From a virus, in IMG/VR virus record IMGVR_UViG_3300009093_000034, positions 30,632 to 94,631 of that record: a DNA stretch of 64,000 nt, one strand, 5' to 3'. The position numbers and the translations under genes are program-made. The notes below the pieces were generated by a model. It saw nothing but the letters and a program-made list of their open reading frames with translations. It was not told where the DNA came from and ran no database searches. Below are positions 27,064-36,482 of the stretch, one piece after another (the stretch's first letter is position 1; every line of letters starts with the position of its first letter).

Positions 27064-27300
27064 ATGTCAAAGTTTGAGATCTCCATCGAAGCTGGTCTCC
27101 TTATGAAAGGTCAGGTTAGACGTCTCCTTGAAAAAACCAAGAGAGATCTTCTTTGGAACAATCCTCAAGCTTACGTTGAGATCTACGAAGAATCATACTT
27201 TCTTGAATCTGAATTTACCTTCAGGGTCAAGAACATCAACGAAGTCGAACGTCTTGCTCTTCTGAAGTATTTTCAGAAGATCGACCAGGAGACCTTATGA
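27064..27300 (+). CDS. hypothetical protein
   Basis: 78 aa immediately downstream of the PARP-like gene. Confidence 0.4.
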   Translation: MSKFEISIEAGLLMKGQVRRLLEKTKRDLLWNNPQAYVEIYEESYFLESEFTFRVKNINEVERLALLKYFQKIDQETL

Positions 27301-27408
27301 GAACTTCTTGGCAAAGAGGCTACGATGCCTATTGGGACTATCCTGAGATGGTTCCTGATTTGAGCTCTCCTAGAGAGTTCAGAATGGGCTGGTGGGCAGC
27401 CTACGACG

Positions 27409-27708
27409 ATGATCATGATTGGGGAGTTTGGTATGCCTACTGAAAAGATCTCTCATTTCCTTGTCTTCCACCAAGAAGACGAACACTTCGGTATCTATGG
27501 AGTGTTTAACTCCATGGAAGACATCTTCGTCTCCATCAACAAAGAATCTCCGATGACCAAAGTTCGTTTGATCCACATGGGCCGAATCCATGAGATGGAA
27601 GGTACCGAGATCGTTGATGAGATCTACATCGACGAGGTGAAAGAGTTCATCGATGTTGGTCTTGAAGAACTCACCATTGCTCAAGAGAATGGGATGGAGG
27701 AGATCTGA
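27409..27708 (+). CDS. hypothetical acidic protein
   Basis: 99 aa. Confidence 0.35.
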   Translation: MIMIGEFGMPTEKISHFLVFHQEDEHFGIYGVFNSMEDIFVSINKESPMTKVRLIHMGRIHEMEGTEIVDEIYIDEVKEFIDVGLEELTIAQENGMEEI

Positions 27709-27929
27709 TGATCAAGATTGAGATTGAAGGTTACGAACCTAACTCGGTTGAGTTCCTTCGTAAGGAACATGGTCTCTACCATCATCTGAGAGATCTTTTC
27801 AACAAAGGTGAGCTCACCATTTGGGAGATGAACACGGTCGACAAGATCATGAATGGTCATCTCAGAGACATCAAGAGAGGCCTCATTGAAAGAGGTCTCA
27901 TGACCGAAAAAGAAGTAGAAAAGGTTTAA
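27708..27929 (+). CDS. hypothetical protein
   Basis: 73 aa with an ATGA overlap. Confidence 0.35.
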   Translation: MIKIEIEGYEPNSVEFLRKEHGLYHHLRDLFNKGELTIWEMNTVDKIMNGHLRDIKRGLIERGLMTEKEVEKV

Positions 27930-27931
27930 CC

Positions 27932-28171
27932 ATGCCTCTTGTTTTTGTTTACGTTCCGATCTTTCCTCATCCAATGTATCGAAGTGGAGGTGGAGGCGAT
28001 CCTAGGATCGTATTTGTTTGCCTTGGAGCTATTCTTCTTTCTGTTGTACTTTGTCTTTTGGCCAAATGGGCCTTTGACACGTACGAAAAAATGAAAGACA
28101 ACAGAAAGTTCCGAAGGTTCTCTCCTCCTAAAAGGAACAACAAGAGAGTTCCTAGAAAGTGGTTGAGTTAA
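27932..28171 (+). CDS. small TM protein
   Basis: Hydrophobic LGAILLSVVLCLLAKWAF. Confidence 0.35.
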   Translation: MPLVFVYVPIFPHPMYRSGGGGDPRIVFVCLGAILLSVVLCLLAKWAFDTYEKMKDNRKFRRFSPPKRNNKRVPRKWLS

Positions 28172-28183
28172 GGAAGTTTTGAA

Positions 28184-28516
28184 ATGAGTCTTTTTCTTTC
28201 AGACAGTCGATCATCTTTTGATGAAAATTCTCCTGTCCAAGCCAACACCTACTCTCCCCGCCTTGGAAAGAAACTTAGCGGAAAGGTTCATGTTGGAAAC
28301 CTGGAGATTGACAACAGCGATTTTTGCGAGTTGGTCCTTTACTTTTTGACCAACACAGACCTTGATCCTGAACATGATTCCAGAGAGTCTCTTTTGAAGA
28401 CTCTCAAAGAGTTGAATATCACGGAACACGGCTACAATCAGGGCTATCGAAGGATCATCTGGAACCCAACCAACGATCCTAACGCCGGTAAATGGGTCGA
28501 CAACGAGAACCAGTAG
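28184..28516 (+). CDS. hypothetical protein
   Basis: 110 aa. Confidence 0.4.
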   Translation: MSLFLSDSRSSFDENSPVQANTYSPRLGKKLSGKVHVGNLEIDNSDFCELVLYFLTNTDLDPEHDSRESLLKTLKELNITEHGYNQGYRRIIWNPTNDPNAGKWVDNENQ

Positions 28517-28522
28517 TATACT

Positions 28523-29095
28523 ATGACCATGGAATTTTACGAAGCAAACTACCAAATCCAGATGGACCCAGTGTTCCTAGAGAACATCAAATGGGGAAAG
28601 CCCAGGTCTGGTCACGATGAAGGAACCATTCACGCTCACATCGACGAACTTTGTCGAAACCTTGAGAAAGTAGAGAAGATCTCTGATCTGGAGAAGAACA
28701 AGCTTCTCTTCATGATCCTTGTTCACGACACTTTTAAGAAGGATGCCACTCCGGACTCTGCGATTGAGGATCCTAACTCTCATGCCTCTTTGGCTGTCCA
28801 GTACGCCAAGAAGTTCACAGATGACAAGGATGTTTTGACGATCCTTCAGTACCACGATCTGAACTTCTCTTTGTCCAAGTCTTTCCAGAAGACAGGCTCC
28901 TACAACGTAGGAAGGCTCTACAACCTTATTGGAAAGTTAACAGATGATGGAGTCAAGCTTCTTATCATCTTCACCTACATTGATGGGTGGACCAAAGGTA
29001 AGGACCATAGCAAACTTCCTTGGTTCAAGGATGAGATCCTGAACAAGAGGGCCATTCACTGGTCAGAACAATGGATCGAACAATTTAAGGACTAA
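28523..29095 (+). CDS. possible HD-domain hydrolase
   Basis: The order H...HD...H...HD...D (GHDEGTIHAHIDEL, ILVHDTFK, ILQYHD) suggests an HD domain. The assignment is weak. Confidence 0.4.
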   Translation: MTMEFYEANYQIQMDPVFLENIKWGKPRSGHDEGTIHAHIDELCRNLEKVEKISDLEKNKLLFMILVHDTFKKDATPDSAIEDPNSHASLAVQYAKKFTDDKDVLTILQYHDLNFSLSKSFQKTGSYNVGRLYNLIGKLTDDGVKLLIIFTYIDGWTKGKDHSKLPWFKDEILNKRAIHWSEQWIEQFKD

Positions 29096-29097
29096 CA

Positions 29098-29589
29098 ATG
29101 AAAACTGTAGCAGAATATACGAAGATTCGATTTAAGAACCCAATGGTTCCAGCATACGGAGACGTCATCTCTGTAGTCTTGTCAGATGCTAAGAACATCG
29201 CCATCGCTGACGGTAAACGAGAGGTCAGCAACAACGATCTTCTTGTTGCTGCTAGGAAGTATCTCATTGATCTCTATGAGACTTGCCTCTCTATCTCTGT
29301 TGCCACTGGTCATCACGGAGCTCTTGGTCCTTCTGTTCCTGATGAACTAAAGTCCAAGATCGCAGTTGCCTATCATGTGTTCTTTCCTGACGTGAAGACG
29401 CCTGACGAGACCAACAAACTTGTGGAGTCTTACATGGCCTCCAATGGTCTCTCTTATGAGATCAAGAATCTCAACCAGATCAAGAACGCTTTTGCTCTTG
29501 ATGAAACCCTAGACTGGGTGGCCTTTAGACTTTGGACTAGCGCTAACCTCGCTATCCCTGAAAAGAAAGACAAAAAGAAAAAGGAATAA
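29098..29589 (+). CDS. hypothetical protein
   Basis: 163 aa. Confidence 0.45.
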   Translation: MKTVAEYTKIRFKNPMVPAYGDVISVVLSDAKNIAIADGKREVSNNDLLVAARKYLIDLYETCLSISVATGHHGALGPSVPDELKSKIAVAYHVFFPDVKTPDETNKLVESYMASNGLSYEIKNLNQIKNAFALDETLDWVAFRLWTSANLAIPEKKDKKKKE

Positions 29590-29592
29590 AGT

Positions 29593-29829
29593 ATGGAAGT
29601 TAAGATCAAGCTCCTAGACGGTACAGACGTTACCTACGCTATCCCCGACGAAGGAAAGGGAACCCCAAATTGTCAAGGTATCTGTGTGATCCTCACACCT
29701 GATGACAAGAAGAACATTGAGGCCATGCCTGCCGAATCAAGGAAGTATCTTCTGTTTGACAATGAGAAGATGACCGAAGATGAAGCAAGAACTTTCATCG
29801 GTTCTGCCGGCTTCACAGAACTCGTATGA
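29593..29829 (+). CDS. hypothetical protein
   Basis: 78 aa. Confidence 0.4.
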   Translation: MEVKIKLLDGTDVTYAIPDEGKGTPNCQGICVILTPDDKKNIEAMPAESRKYLLFDNEKMTEDEARTFIGSAGFTELV

Positions 29830-29995
29830 CACATCTTGTCTGCCCAGCATGTGAAGCACTAGTAGAAGAAAAAGATTGGATTAAGGTTGAGATCAAAAAT
29901 GCTCAGTATGAAAATTATAGTGACGTAGGTCCTATAGTTGCATGTCCAATCTGTGGGAGTATCAAACTAAAGTTCCTCCCAGATAGGAAACAGAA

Positions 29996-30925
29996 ATGAG
30001 TGACGCAGTAGAAAAGAAAGAACCCACGTATGATGAGATCGTCAAAAGCGCTAAAGAGTACTTTGAAGAACTCAAAGCCAAGATCAAGGTCTCTAACGAT
30101 GAGCTTCTTGACCAGATCTCCACAAACTCAGCTCAGCTCTTTGCTCAGCTAGAGAGAACTGGACAGATTCAGGCCATGAAGAAACTTGTGGCTCACATTG
30201 CCTTGATTGAAAAGGAACACGAGATCATCAAGTCTGGGATCAACACCTTTGTGACCACAGATGAGATCAAAGAGTTCATTGACAAGGTTGATGGACGTGT
30301 GGTGAATCTCATTGAGCTGCATAAGTATGAGCGTGAGGTTCCTGAGAACGTGATCCAGAAGTACGAGAAGGTCAAACATCTTTTCACCACCTTCTTCGTT
30401 CTTTTCACTGACTACACAAAAGAACACGCCAAAAAGATCGCCAAGGAAAGAGATCCTATTCTCTTTGGTATGCTTCAAGACGCTGGAACCAAGGCCACGA
30501 CTCAGCGTATGTATGTGATCGGTGACTGGGAAGATGAGTATTGTGATCTTACTTTGGACCGACTTGTGTCCGAAGCCGCTGGTCTCTTTGACAGACCGAT
30601 CGCTATTCAGTTCAGAGATCCTTTGTCCCTTGACGAGATGAGAGCTAAGCTCAAGATGTTGGATGGAGAGTCCAAATCTGATAACTCTAGATGGGCAATG
30701 AACAATGTCGTGGTTACCGGAACCACTGCTTCCATGCAAAACATCTACGTTCCTGTAGTTCCATCAGAACAGGATTTTAAAGATAAGAGCATTCCTGATG
30801 AAGTTCAAGAAGTCGCAAAAGACGTTGTTGAAGAGGAAGAAACTCGAAGTCTTCTCACTAAAGATTCTGAGATTGACACCATGATTCTCCAAGAGACCAA
30901 GAAGCCTTGGTGGAAGTTCTGGTAA
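29996..30925 (+). CDS. hypothetical protein
   Basis: 309 aa. Confidence 0.5.
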   Translation: MSDAVEKKEPTYDEIVKSAKEYFEELKAKIKVSNDELLDQISTNSAQLFAQLERTGQIQAMKKLVAHIALIEKEHEIIKSGINTFVTTDEIKEFIDKVDGRVVNLIELHKYEREVPENVIQKYEKVKHLFTTFFVLFTDYTKEHAKKIAKERDPILFGMLQDAGTKATTQRMYVIGDWEDEYCDLTLDRLVSEAAGLFDRPIAIQFRDPLSLDEMRAKLKMLDGESKSDNSRWAMNNVVVTGTTASMQNIYVPVVPSEQDFKDKSIPDEVQEVAKDVVEEEETRSLLTKDSEIDTMILQETKKPWWKFW

Positions 30926-30928
30926 ACT

Positions 30929-31345
30929 ATGCTCTCAGACGTAGACCTGACCAGAGATAGAATCTTAGGTCAAGAACCTACATCAGCAAAGGACAACTTC
31001 ATACAGATCTTAGAAGGGCCTTCTAGACATAGACTTTCAATTGGAAGAAAACATGCCTCAGTCCTTTTTTACGATCTTATTGGAGAAGAGCTCCCTAAAG
31101 AACAAGATCACTTTAGAACTGATGAAAAGTTTGGGGATTGGTGGCAAGGTGGAACTTACAAAGACATCTTGAAAAGACGCGTTGATCCGTTCCATGAACA
31201 GAAAGACGATAGTTGTTACCGATGTGGAACCACGTTACTCCTATGGGAGAAACACTCAGAACTTTGTCCAGAGTGTGAACGGACCATGTCCATTCAACCC
31301 AGAAGTTCTGATGAGACTATTGAAGGGATCTTAGGTTTAAGATAA
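30929..31345 (+). CDS. zinc-ribbon protein
   Basis: CYRCG...CPEC. Confidence 0.45.
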   Translation: MLSDVDLTRDRILGQEPTSAKDNFIQILEGPSRHRLSIGRKHASVLFYDLIGEELPKEQDHFRTDEKFGDWWQGGTYKDILKRRVDPFHEQKDDSCYRCGTTLLLWEKHSELCPECERTMSIQPRSSDETIEGILGLR

Positions 31346-31355
31346 GGAGAAGACT

Positions 31356-31568
31356 ATGTTCTTCAAGATACTTTGTGCAGTGTTTCTTAACATTGCTCTA
31401 GGAATTGCTTTCTATGGCGTGGCTGTTCCGTATGCAGTCAATGAGCTTCCAGGAGGCTCTGGTTTCATCTTGGTCGGAGTAGGAATCATCCTACAGCTCT
31501 GGATCAACTGGACCATTTTCAAGAAGCCTCTCAAGGCTCTTGGTGAAAAGATTAAGGAGGACTTCTAA
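31356..31568 (+). CDS. small membrane protein (possible SPFH partner)
   Basis: 70 aa with two TM helices, directly upstream of the SPFH gene. Confidence 0.4.
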   Translation: MFFKILCAVFLNIALGIAFYGVAVPYAVNELPGGSGFILVGVGIILQLWINWTIFKKPLKALGEKIKEDF

Positions 31569-31571
31569 AAT

Positions 31572-32435
31572 ATGAGAAGTTTCAAGTTCATTTCGTTGCT
31601 GGCAGTTGTTCTGTTGGCACTGGCAAGCTGTTCTCAGCTCCAGGTTAAGGCAGGTCACGTTGGTATCATCGTTGACCAGTACGGATCTGGTTCTGGTGTT
31701 GAACAGCAGGTCGTAGGTGTAGGTTATCACAGTCTTGGCTGGAATCAGCAAGGATATGACTACCCGATCTATAAGATCCAGTACCAGTTCAAGAACAATG
31801 GCAAAGAAGGAGTGGATGAATCGATCCCCTTCCAATCTAAGGAAGGTGTGAAGTGCTCGGCTGATGTGGCCATTCAGGTCCAGGTCGAGAACGATAACAA
31901 GTCGATCATCAACTTGTTCACCAGTTACCGAGAGGACATCGAGACCGTCGTCCATACCCAGGTTCATAATCGACTTCGTGACTACATGGGTCTCTACGCA
32001 TCCAAGATGACCGTAGATGATCTGTATGGAAACAAGCGCTTTGACATGTTGATTGATGTTACCAAGGCCCTAGCGGACGAGTTCTCCAAGCAAGGTCTGA
32101 TCATTGACAACCTTAGCTTCTTGGGTGTTGTTGAGTTCCCTGAGACTATCAAGTCTGCCATTGATGCAAAGATGGCTGCTACTCAAAAGGCTCAGCAGAG
32201 AGACAACGAGATCGCGACTGCTCAGGCAAGTGCTGCTATCCAGGTCACCCAGGCTAAAGGTGAGGCCGATTCTAACCGAATCTTGGCTGCTTCGATCAGT
32301 CCTGAGATCCTGAAGCTCAAGGAGCTCCAGAACCAAGAGAAGTTCATCGAGGCTCTTTCCACAGGAAAGGCTACGATGCCTACCACGTATGTGGCAGGTG
32401 GTTCTAACTCCCAGACCTTCATTCCTTTGAAGTAA
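31572..32435 (+). CDS. SPFH/band-7 domain lipoprotein (HflK/C-stomatin-like)
   Basis: It has a lipobox LASC. The SPFH-like core is followed by an Ala/Gln-rich coiled coil AATQKAQQRDNEIATAQASAAIQVTQAKGEADSNRILAAS typical of HflK/C. Confidence 0.65.
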   Translation: MRSFKFISLLAVVLLALASCSQLQVKAGHVGIIVDQYGSGSGVEQQVVGVGYHSLGWNQQGYDYPIYKIQYQFKNNGKEGVDESIPFQSKEGVKCSADVAIQVQVENDNKSIINLFTSYREDIETVVHTQVHNRLRDYMGLYASKMTVDDLYGNKRFDMLIDVTKALADEFSKQGLIIDNLSFLGVVEFPETIKSAIDAKMAATQKAQQRDNEIATAQASAAIQVTQAKGEADSNRILAASISPEILKLKELQNQEKFIEALSTGKATMPTTYVAGGSNSQTFIPLK

Positions 32436-32454
32436 GTCATTTGATTTACTGATC

Positions 32455-32481
32455 AAGGCCCTCGTAAGAGGGCCTTTTTAT
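32455..32481 (+). terminator. rho-independent terminator
   Basis: AGGCCCTC-GTAA-GAGGGCCT hairpin followed by TTTTTATTT. Confidence 0.75.
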
Positions 32482-32488
32482 TTACTAA

Positions 32489-32833
32489 TTGATCATGCCA
32501 TTCAAGAAATCTTTAGACGTTCCTATCATCATTCGAAGAGCAACCTCGCTTTATCATCAGATCTCTGAGAAATTTCCAAATGAGTCCGGAGTCTACAGCA
32601 CAGCCTTCTTTCAATATGGTCTTCAAGTAGATGTGATGTTTGAGCCAGCTGAAGGTAAAGACTCTCCTGCAATTGAAGCTTGGGGAATTTATACTGTAAA
32701 GAGAAAGAATGGAAAAGGTTACACGTCTGGGACCTTCCCCATCTTCTATCCTGAAGCTTACAAGCTAGGTATAGTTCCAAGAGACGAGGCAGTAAATGTC
32801 CATGAACAGCTCCCTGTGGGAGCACACAGCTAA
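32489..32833 (+). CDS. hypothetical protein
   Basis: 114 aa. Confidence 0.4.
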   Translation: MIMPFKKSLDVPIIIRRATSLYHQISEKFPNESGVYSTAFFQYGLQVDVMFEPAEGKDSPAIEAWGIYTVKRKNGKGYTSGTFPIFYPEAYKLGIVPRDEAVNVHEQLPVGAHS

Positions 32834-32834
32834 A

Positions 32835-33263
32835 ATGAAAAAAGCTGCCGATAAATGGGCAGCTAAACAAAAACCCCAATGGGGTGATGAAAAATGGCAA
32901 AGAGATCTAGACGAGTTTGGTGGTCTTGGTTACGATATCGTTCAAGACATAGTAGATGATCTAGATCGGAAGCACCAAAAGAGTGAAGACAACAAGAAGA
33001 GCATCTTCTACGAGTCTAAGTTGATCCACAAACTTGATGATAGTTTGTTCTGGGCTTTAGATAATAAATTACCTGTTGGATGGGTAGAAGTCTCACCTGA
33101 TGTTTGGGATGGTTTACAACTAAGTCCTAACTTTGTTAGGCTTGATTCAACCATGGCCAATTATAGAGGCTTTGTCATTTACAGAGTGAATGAAGGAAAA
33201 GAGCTTTGTTCTCTTCATCCTGGAGATGAAGCTCCCCCAGGATTTCAATTACAGAAACAGTGA
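32835..33263 (+). CDS. hypothetical protein
   Basis: ATG at 32835 just after the upstream stop. The tracked longer ORF from 32796 overlaps the previous gene. Confidence 0.4.
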   Translation: MKKAADKWAAKQKPQWGDEKWQRDLDEFGGLGYDIVQDIVDDLDRKHQKSEDNKKSIFYESKLIHKLDDSLFWALDNKLPVGWVEVSPDVWDGLQLSPNFVRLDSTMANYRGFVIYRVNEGKELCSLHPGDEAPPGFQLQKQ

Positions 33264-33503
33264 TTACCTACTGAAACTTCTAGCTAGAACATCTACGAAC
33301 CAATCGCAAGCTTGTTCATACTCACGTTCGTTAGAAACTTTATCTAGTCTCATTCTTAGTTGAGGAACTATGTTAGAGTCGATAGCGTAGACAGTATCTA
33401 AAATAACTCTGATGACTTCTTCATTGACCTCGTTTGAATCAAATCCTTCGAGTTGATCAAGGTCTTCTTCTAATTTCTTCAAAGTCTGAATGGGATCTTT
33501 CAT
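33264..33503 (-). CDS. hypothetical acidic protein
   Basis: 79 aa, the last gene of the minus-strand block. Confidence 0.4.
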   Translation of the reverse strand: MKDPIQTLKKLEEDLDQLEGFDSNEVNEEVIRVILDTVYAIDSNIVPQLRMRLDKVSNEREYEQACDWFVDVLARSFSR

Positions 33504-33505
33504 TC

Positions 33506-34897
33506 TTATAATACCTCTAATTGATCAGCAATGGTTCTAAAAAATTGTTTCAAAGTTGATATGTACTTGTCTCTTGGTTCATTTTTAACCGTAAGAACAT
33601 CACTACCCTCATAATGAAGATCAATGAACTCTTCAGCATCTTTGTCGTATTCTTCTTTGAAGAAGTTAAAAAAGGAACCTTGAGGATCATCAGAAGCCTT
33701 TTCTGCGGCAGAAACTAATACCTTTAGAATATTTACACCTGCCCAAACTTCACCATCTCCCATCATGTCTCTAGCATTTTCTAGAGGCAGTAATATAGAA
33801 ACGTTCTCTTCATCAAAAAGTGCTGGAGTATCTCCTTTCTCAGGATCTTCAATGATGTTTCCCTTTGTAGTTGCTTTGGATACATCATAGTCTACTCTAT
33901 TAAGAACTTCATCCAATCTGTTCAGTACGTTAATCATCTTGTTCATTTTGCTTTCCTTTAGGTATGGGTTATCTTTAACCTTTGTAGCCATGTCCTCAAT
34001 CTCTTCATCAGACATCCAGTCTGCCCAAAAGACCTTAGAGTTTACATCTTTGATGATCTCAGGAATAGAAGTTCCTCTTCTGACTTCATCGGCGATGAAC
34101 TTTTGAAGTCTGTCTAGATTTTCAGTAACATCTTTTTTGAAGTCTTCACTCTCAAAATCCATGTAGTCGATAGTCTTTCCTAGGATCTTCTTAAGCTCTG
34201 AGCGAGAAAACTTGTACTTCTTCTCAAGACGATCAAGGATATCTTCTCGTGGAAAACCTTCATCAATCAAACCTTCGAACTCATCTTCAATTTGACCGTT
34301 CGTGATCTCTTTGTTCTTTGGATCACGATCATTTAACCAATCATTGTAAGCTTCCATAGCACTAGACATCTCAGAACCCATGAGATCTTGTAGAGCGATA
34401 AGCATGTCCTCTCTATCGTAACCACCACGCTTCATATCGTCGAGGATCTCGTTTAGTTCGTCTTGATAAGTCATACTTTCCTCCAGTTTAGAGTTCTCTT
34501 TAAGAGAAGAATTCCACGTAGAACTACCTTCTTTCTTCCAAGACCAATCAATTTTTCCAGTGGTCTCGTTTTGAATTCCTCTGTAGATGAAGTCACATAG
34601 ACTGTAGAACTCGATACCTTTGATACTTGGAAGTTTAGTGGTTCTTGGGCTATCAGGAGCCTTATCCATTATATCCCGATAAGGATCATCATTGTTGTAG
34701 TAGTGGATGAAGTTAGGGTGTTCTTCAATACCTGCGCAGTCTCCCCCTGAGATCAACTTATCTGCTTTTTTTGCAGATATATAGTACTTGGTGAGAATCC
34801 TATAAGTAAATTCAGGAAAACCGTCTCCATGAGAATAGATAGATTTATAACTATCCCAATCTTTCAGTTTTAAGAAGATCGCTGCTCTTGTTGCCAT
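33506..34897 (-). CDS. hypothetical acidic protein (structural module?)
   Basis: 463 aa, Asp/Glu-rich. Confidence 0.5.
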   Translation of the reverse strand: MATRAAIFLKLKDWDSYKSIYSHGDGFPEFTYRILTKYYISAKKADKLISGGDCAGIEEHPNFIHYYNNDDPYRDIMDKAPDSPRTTKLPSIKGIEFYSLCDFIYRGIQNETTGKIDWSWKKEGSSTWNSSLKENSKLEESMTYQDELNEILDDMKRGGYDREDMLIALQDLMGSEMSSAMEAYNDWLNDRDPKNKEITNGQIEDEFEGLIDEGFPREDILDRLEKKYKFSRSELKKILGKTIDYMDFESEDFKKDVTENLDRLQKFIADEVRRGTSIPEIIKDVNSKVFWADWMSDEEIEDMATKVKDNPYLKESKMNKMINVLNRLDEVLNRVDYDVSKATTKGNIIEDPEKGDTPALFDEENVSILLPLENARDMMGDGEVWAGVNILKVLVSAAEKASDDPQGSFFNFFKEEYDKDAEEFIDLHYEGSDVLTVKNEPRDKYISTLKQFFRTIADQLEVL

Positions 34898-36372
34898 TAT
34901 TCAGTTCCTTCTGGGTTTTGAATATAGTTCTCAAGAATGTTTCTAGTGTAAGAGTCTCCGCCTATTGTTTCAACGAACTCTTGGTTCTCTTGGAAGGTCT
35001 TAAGATCTTTCTCATAAGAGATGAAAGCTCTTTCCAAAGACTCTTTGTACTCTTTGGACTCCATCTTCTCACCACAATCTGGGCAAACGTAAGTTCCGCC
35101 ACCTTCATTCAAGAAGTCTTGAAGAAGTCCGGCACAACCTGGGCAAGCACCTTCATTCTTGAAAAACTTGGTGTCGTGATTGAAGACCTTATCTTCTGGA
35201 GCAGATGGATAATGTGGATCATCCCAATGAGACTTAGACTTGAGAAGTTTTTCATTCAACTTGCTCTTTTTGGCTTGACTAAGAACTGATTCTGCGAAGG
35301 ACACGTCATCTGCATCCCAAAGTACCAAACTTGGTTCAAACTCTTTGGTGATGAACTCAGAGGCCTTAGTAGCTGGCCAACCAAGACCATTCATAAGAAG
35401 TTGCTTGGCTCTTTCAATCACGATGTCCACATCTTCAGGAGAGACTTTCAAAGCTTCTGTTAAAGAAACAGATTCGTTGATCTCGTTTACTTTTTTAGCA
35501 AGATTCTTGATGACCTTGTTTCTACCTTGAGCAGAAACATATCGTTGAATATAAAAAGGGTTGTATTCTTTCTTCAAAGAATCTTCTAACTTGTTAGCTA
35601 GATCCCCTGTAACTCCAAGTTCATTCAAGATTCCTTGAATGATCTCCTCATATAACTTTTGTGTCTTCTCGTCTGCTTTGATTGTTTCGGTAATAGGACC
35701 ATGAGTTTCTGGATAGTTGATCTCAGCTAATCCTCCTGGAGAGTTCCAGGGATCACTGTTAGTGTCTTCTCTGTCTTGTAATTTTTCTTTAACAGATTCA
35801 ACCCAATCGTTGATCTGATAAACAACATCTTCAAAGGATGCGTTAAAACTTTCTGGGTATCCTTCATTTAAGATGTTATTAATACCGTCGCCTAAGGATC
35901 CTTCAGCAGTATCAAAAGCAAGTGAAGCCCAGAATCCGTTGACCTCAAAAGCAGCAGAAGCAAAATTTTCTAAAGCTTCAACCAATTCAGGAATTCTTTC
36001 TTTATCAAATATGTCAAACGAGGGATTAAAACTAGATTCCTTAAGAGGACTTTTCTTTTTACTTCCCTGGTACTCATCGTACCAAGAGAGAACACCTTCA
36101 AGGATTTTGTAAGGAGACTTCTTAGCCTCTTCGTTCAAGTTCACTCGAACAGGCATCTTGTCGTTGGTGATCCAAGAGCTAACAGCTTCTAAAACCTTAT
36201 CTAGGTCCGTCTCTGTCTTACTAGCTTTCTCAACAACCTTGATTAGAGAAGCAACACCTCTCCAATCCATTCCCCACTCTTTGAACTTTCCTAGATCTTT
36301 ACCTGAGTTCTTAAACTCAAAGGTGAGACCGTTGATCTTGTCTACTAAAATATTTCCGCTATCACTTGGCAT
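34897..36372 (-). CDS. hypothetical protein with C-terminal Cys cluster
   Basis: 491 aa with CPGCAG...CPDCG near the C-terminus. It has an RBS GGAGGAATGAATCCATG. Confidence 0.5.
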   Translation of the reverse strand: MPSDSGNILVDKINGLTFEFKNSGKDLGKFKEWGMDWRGVASLIKVVEKASKTETDLDKVLEAVSSWITNDKMPVRVNLNEEAKKSPYKILEGVLSWYDEYQGSKKKSPLKESSFNPSFDIFDKERIPELVEALENFASAAFEVNGFWASLAFDTAEGSLGDGINNILNEGYPESFNASFEDVVYQINDWVESVKEKLQDREDTNSDPWNSPGGLAEINYPETHGPITETIKADEKTQKLYEEIIQGILNELGVTGDLANKLEDSLKKEYNPFYIQRYVSAQGRNKVIKNLAKKVNEINESVSLTEALKVSPEDVDIVIERAKQLLMNGLGWPATKASEFITKEFEPSLVLWDADDVSFAESVLSQAKKSKLNEKLLKSKSHWDDPHYPSAPEDKVFNHDTKFFKNEGACPGCAGLLQDFLNEGGGTYVCPDCGEKMESKEYKESLERAFISYEKDLKTFQENQEFVETIGGDSYTRNILENYIQNPEGTE

Positions 36373-36436
36373 GGATTCATTCCTCCGAGATTCTTTATCA
36401 ATTAGTGCAAATAACTCGTAAGTTTATAGGAACGCA

Positions 36437-36466
36437 TAAAAAAAGCACCCCGAAGGGTGCTTTTTC
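36437..36466. terminator. bidirectional rho-independent terminator
   Basis: AAAAAAAGCACCCC-GAAG-GGGTGCTTTTT is a symmetric hairpin with T-runs on both strands. It ends the minus-strand fibre operon. Confidence 0.75.
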
Positions 36467-36482
36467 AATCGAAAGAGATTGA

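Noticed and set aside
25844-27070. 408-aa ORF on the minus strand, fully antisense to the PARP-like gene
   Set aside because: The plus-strand frame carries the clear WGR and PARP catalytic motifs, an RBS and the promoter motif. The antisense ORF is an artefact of GC-rich codon bias and has no start context.
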